A stretch of DNA of 64,000 bases. Origin: Rhina ancylostomus (lineage: Eukaryota). Where the stretch lies: assembly GCA_030265395.1 (NCBI GenBank), contig JARFYF010000104.1, forward strand, positions 72,217,478 through 72,281,477. The letters run 5' to 3'. Positions 63,841 to 64,000 of the stretch are shown one piece after another. The translations under genes and the position numbers were made by a program. Position 1 is the stretch's first letter. Every line of letters starts with the position of its first letter. Under the pieces are notes generated by a model. That model made no database searches. It had not been told where the DNA came from and saw only the letters and a program-made list of their open reading frames with translations.

Positions 63841-64000
63841 TTCAATGAGATCACCACTTAACTCTGGAGAACATAGACCCAGTCAGTTTAAGCTCTTCTC
63901 ATAGACAAGCCCCCATCCCAGGACAGAGTTTGGCATTAAGGAGGGCATGACTGACTTGTTGACCAGTTTTGTTTTGTGTCTACTACCTCTGTTCTGTTCG

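Overview
Eukaryotic, AT-rich, gap-containing vertebrate genomic DNA. The repeat content (tRNA-derived V-SINE-like elements, CR1, Rex1/Babar, Penelope, RTE and DeuSINE-like relics) suggests a cartilaginous fish; this is an inference. The window lies inside one + strand gene. Twelve GT-AG coding exons (10619-60501, 1045 coding nt) splice in consistent phase into a stop-free FERM + FERM-adjacent protein best matching FRMD3, probably exons 2-13. No first or last exon was found in the window. Almost all ORFs in the supplied track are retroelement debris or chance ORFs. I found no convincing wholly new biological system. The best leads are: hammerhead-ribozyme cores in Penelope terminal repeats (intact antisense, mutated sense); SINE subfamilies sharing a head but carrying CR1-like versus Rex1-like tails; a TA-flanked MITE nested in a Penelope endonuclease region; a candidate 36-nt poison exon; and some FRMD3 sequence and splicing oddities. 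Repeat family names and protein comparisons are from recalled motifs, not database searches, and repeat boundaries are approximate.
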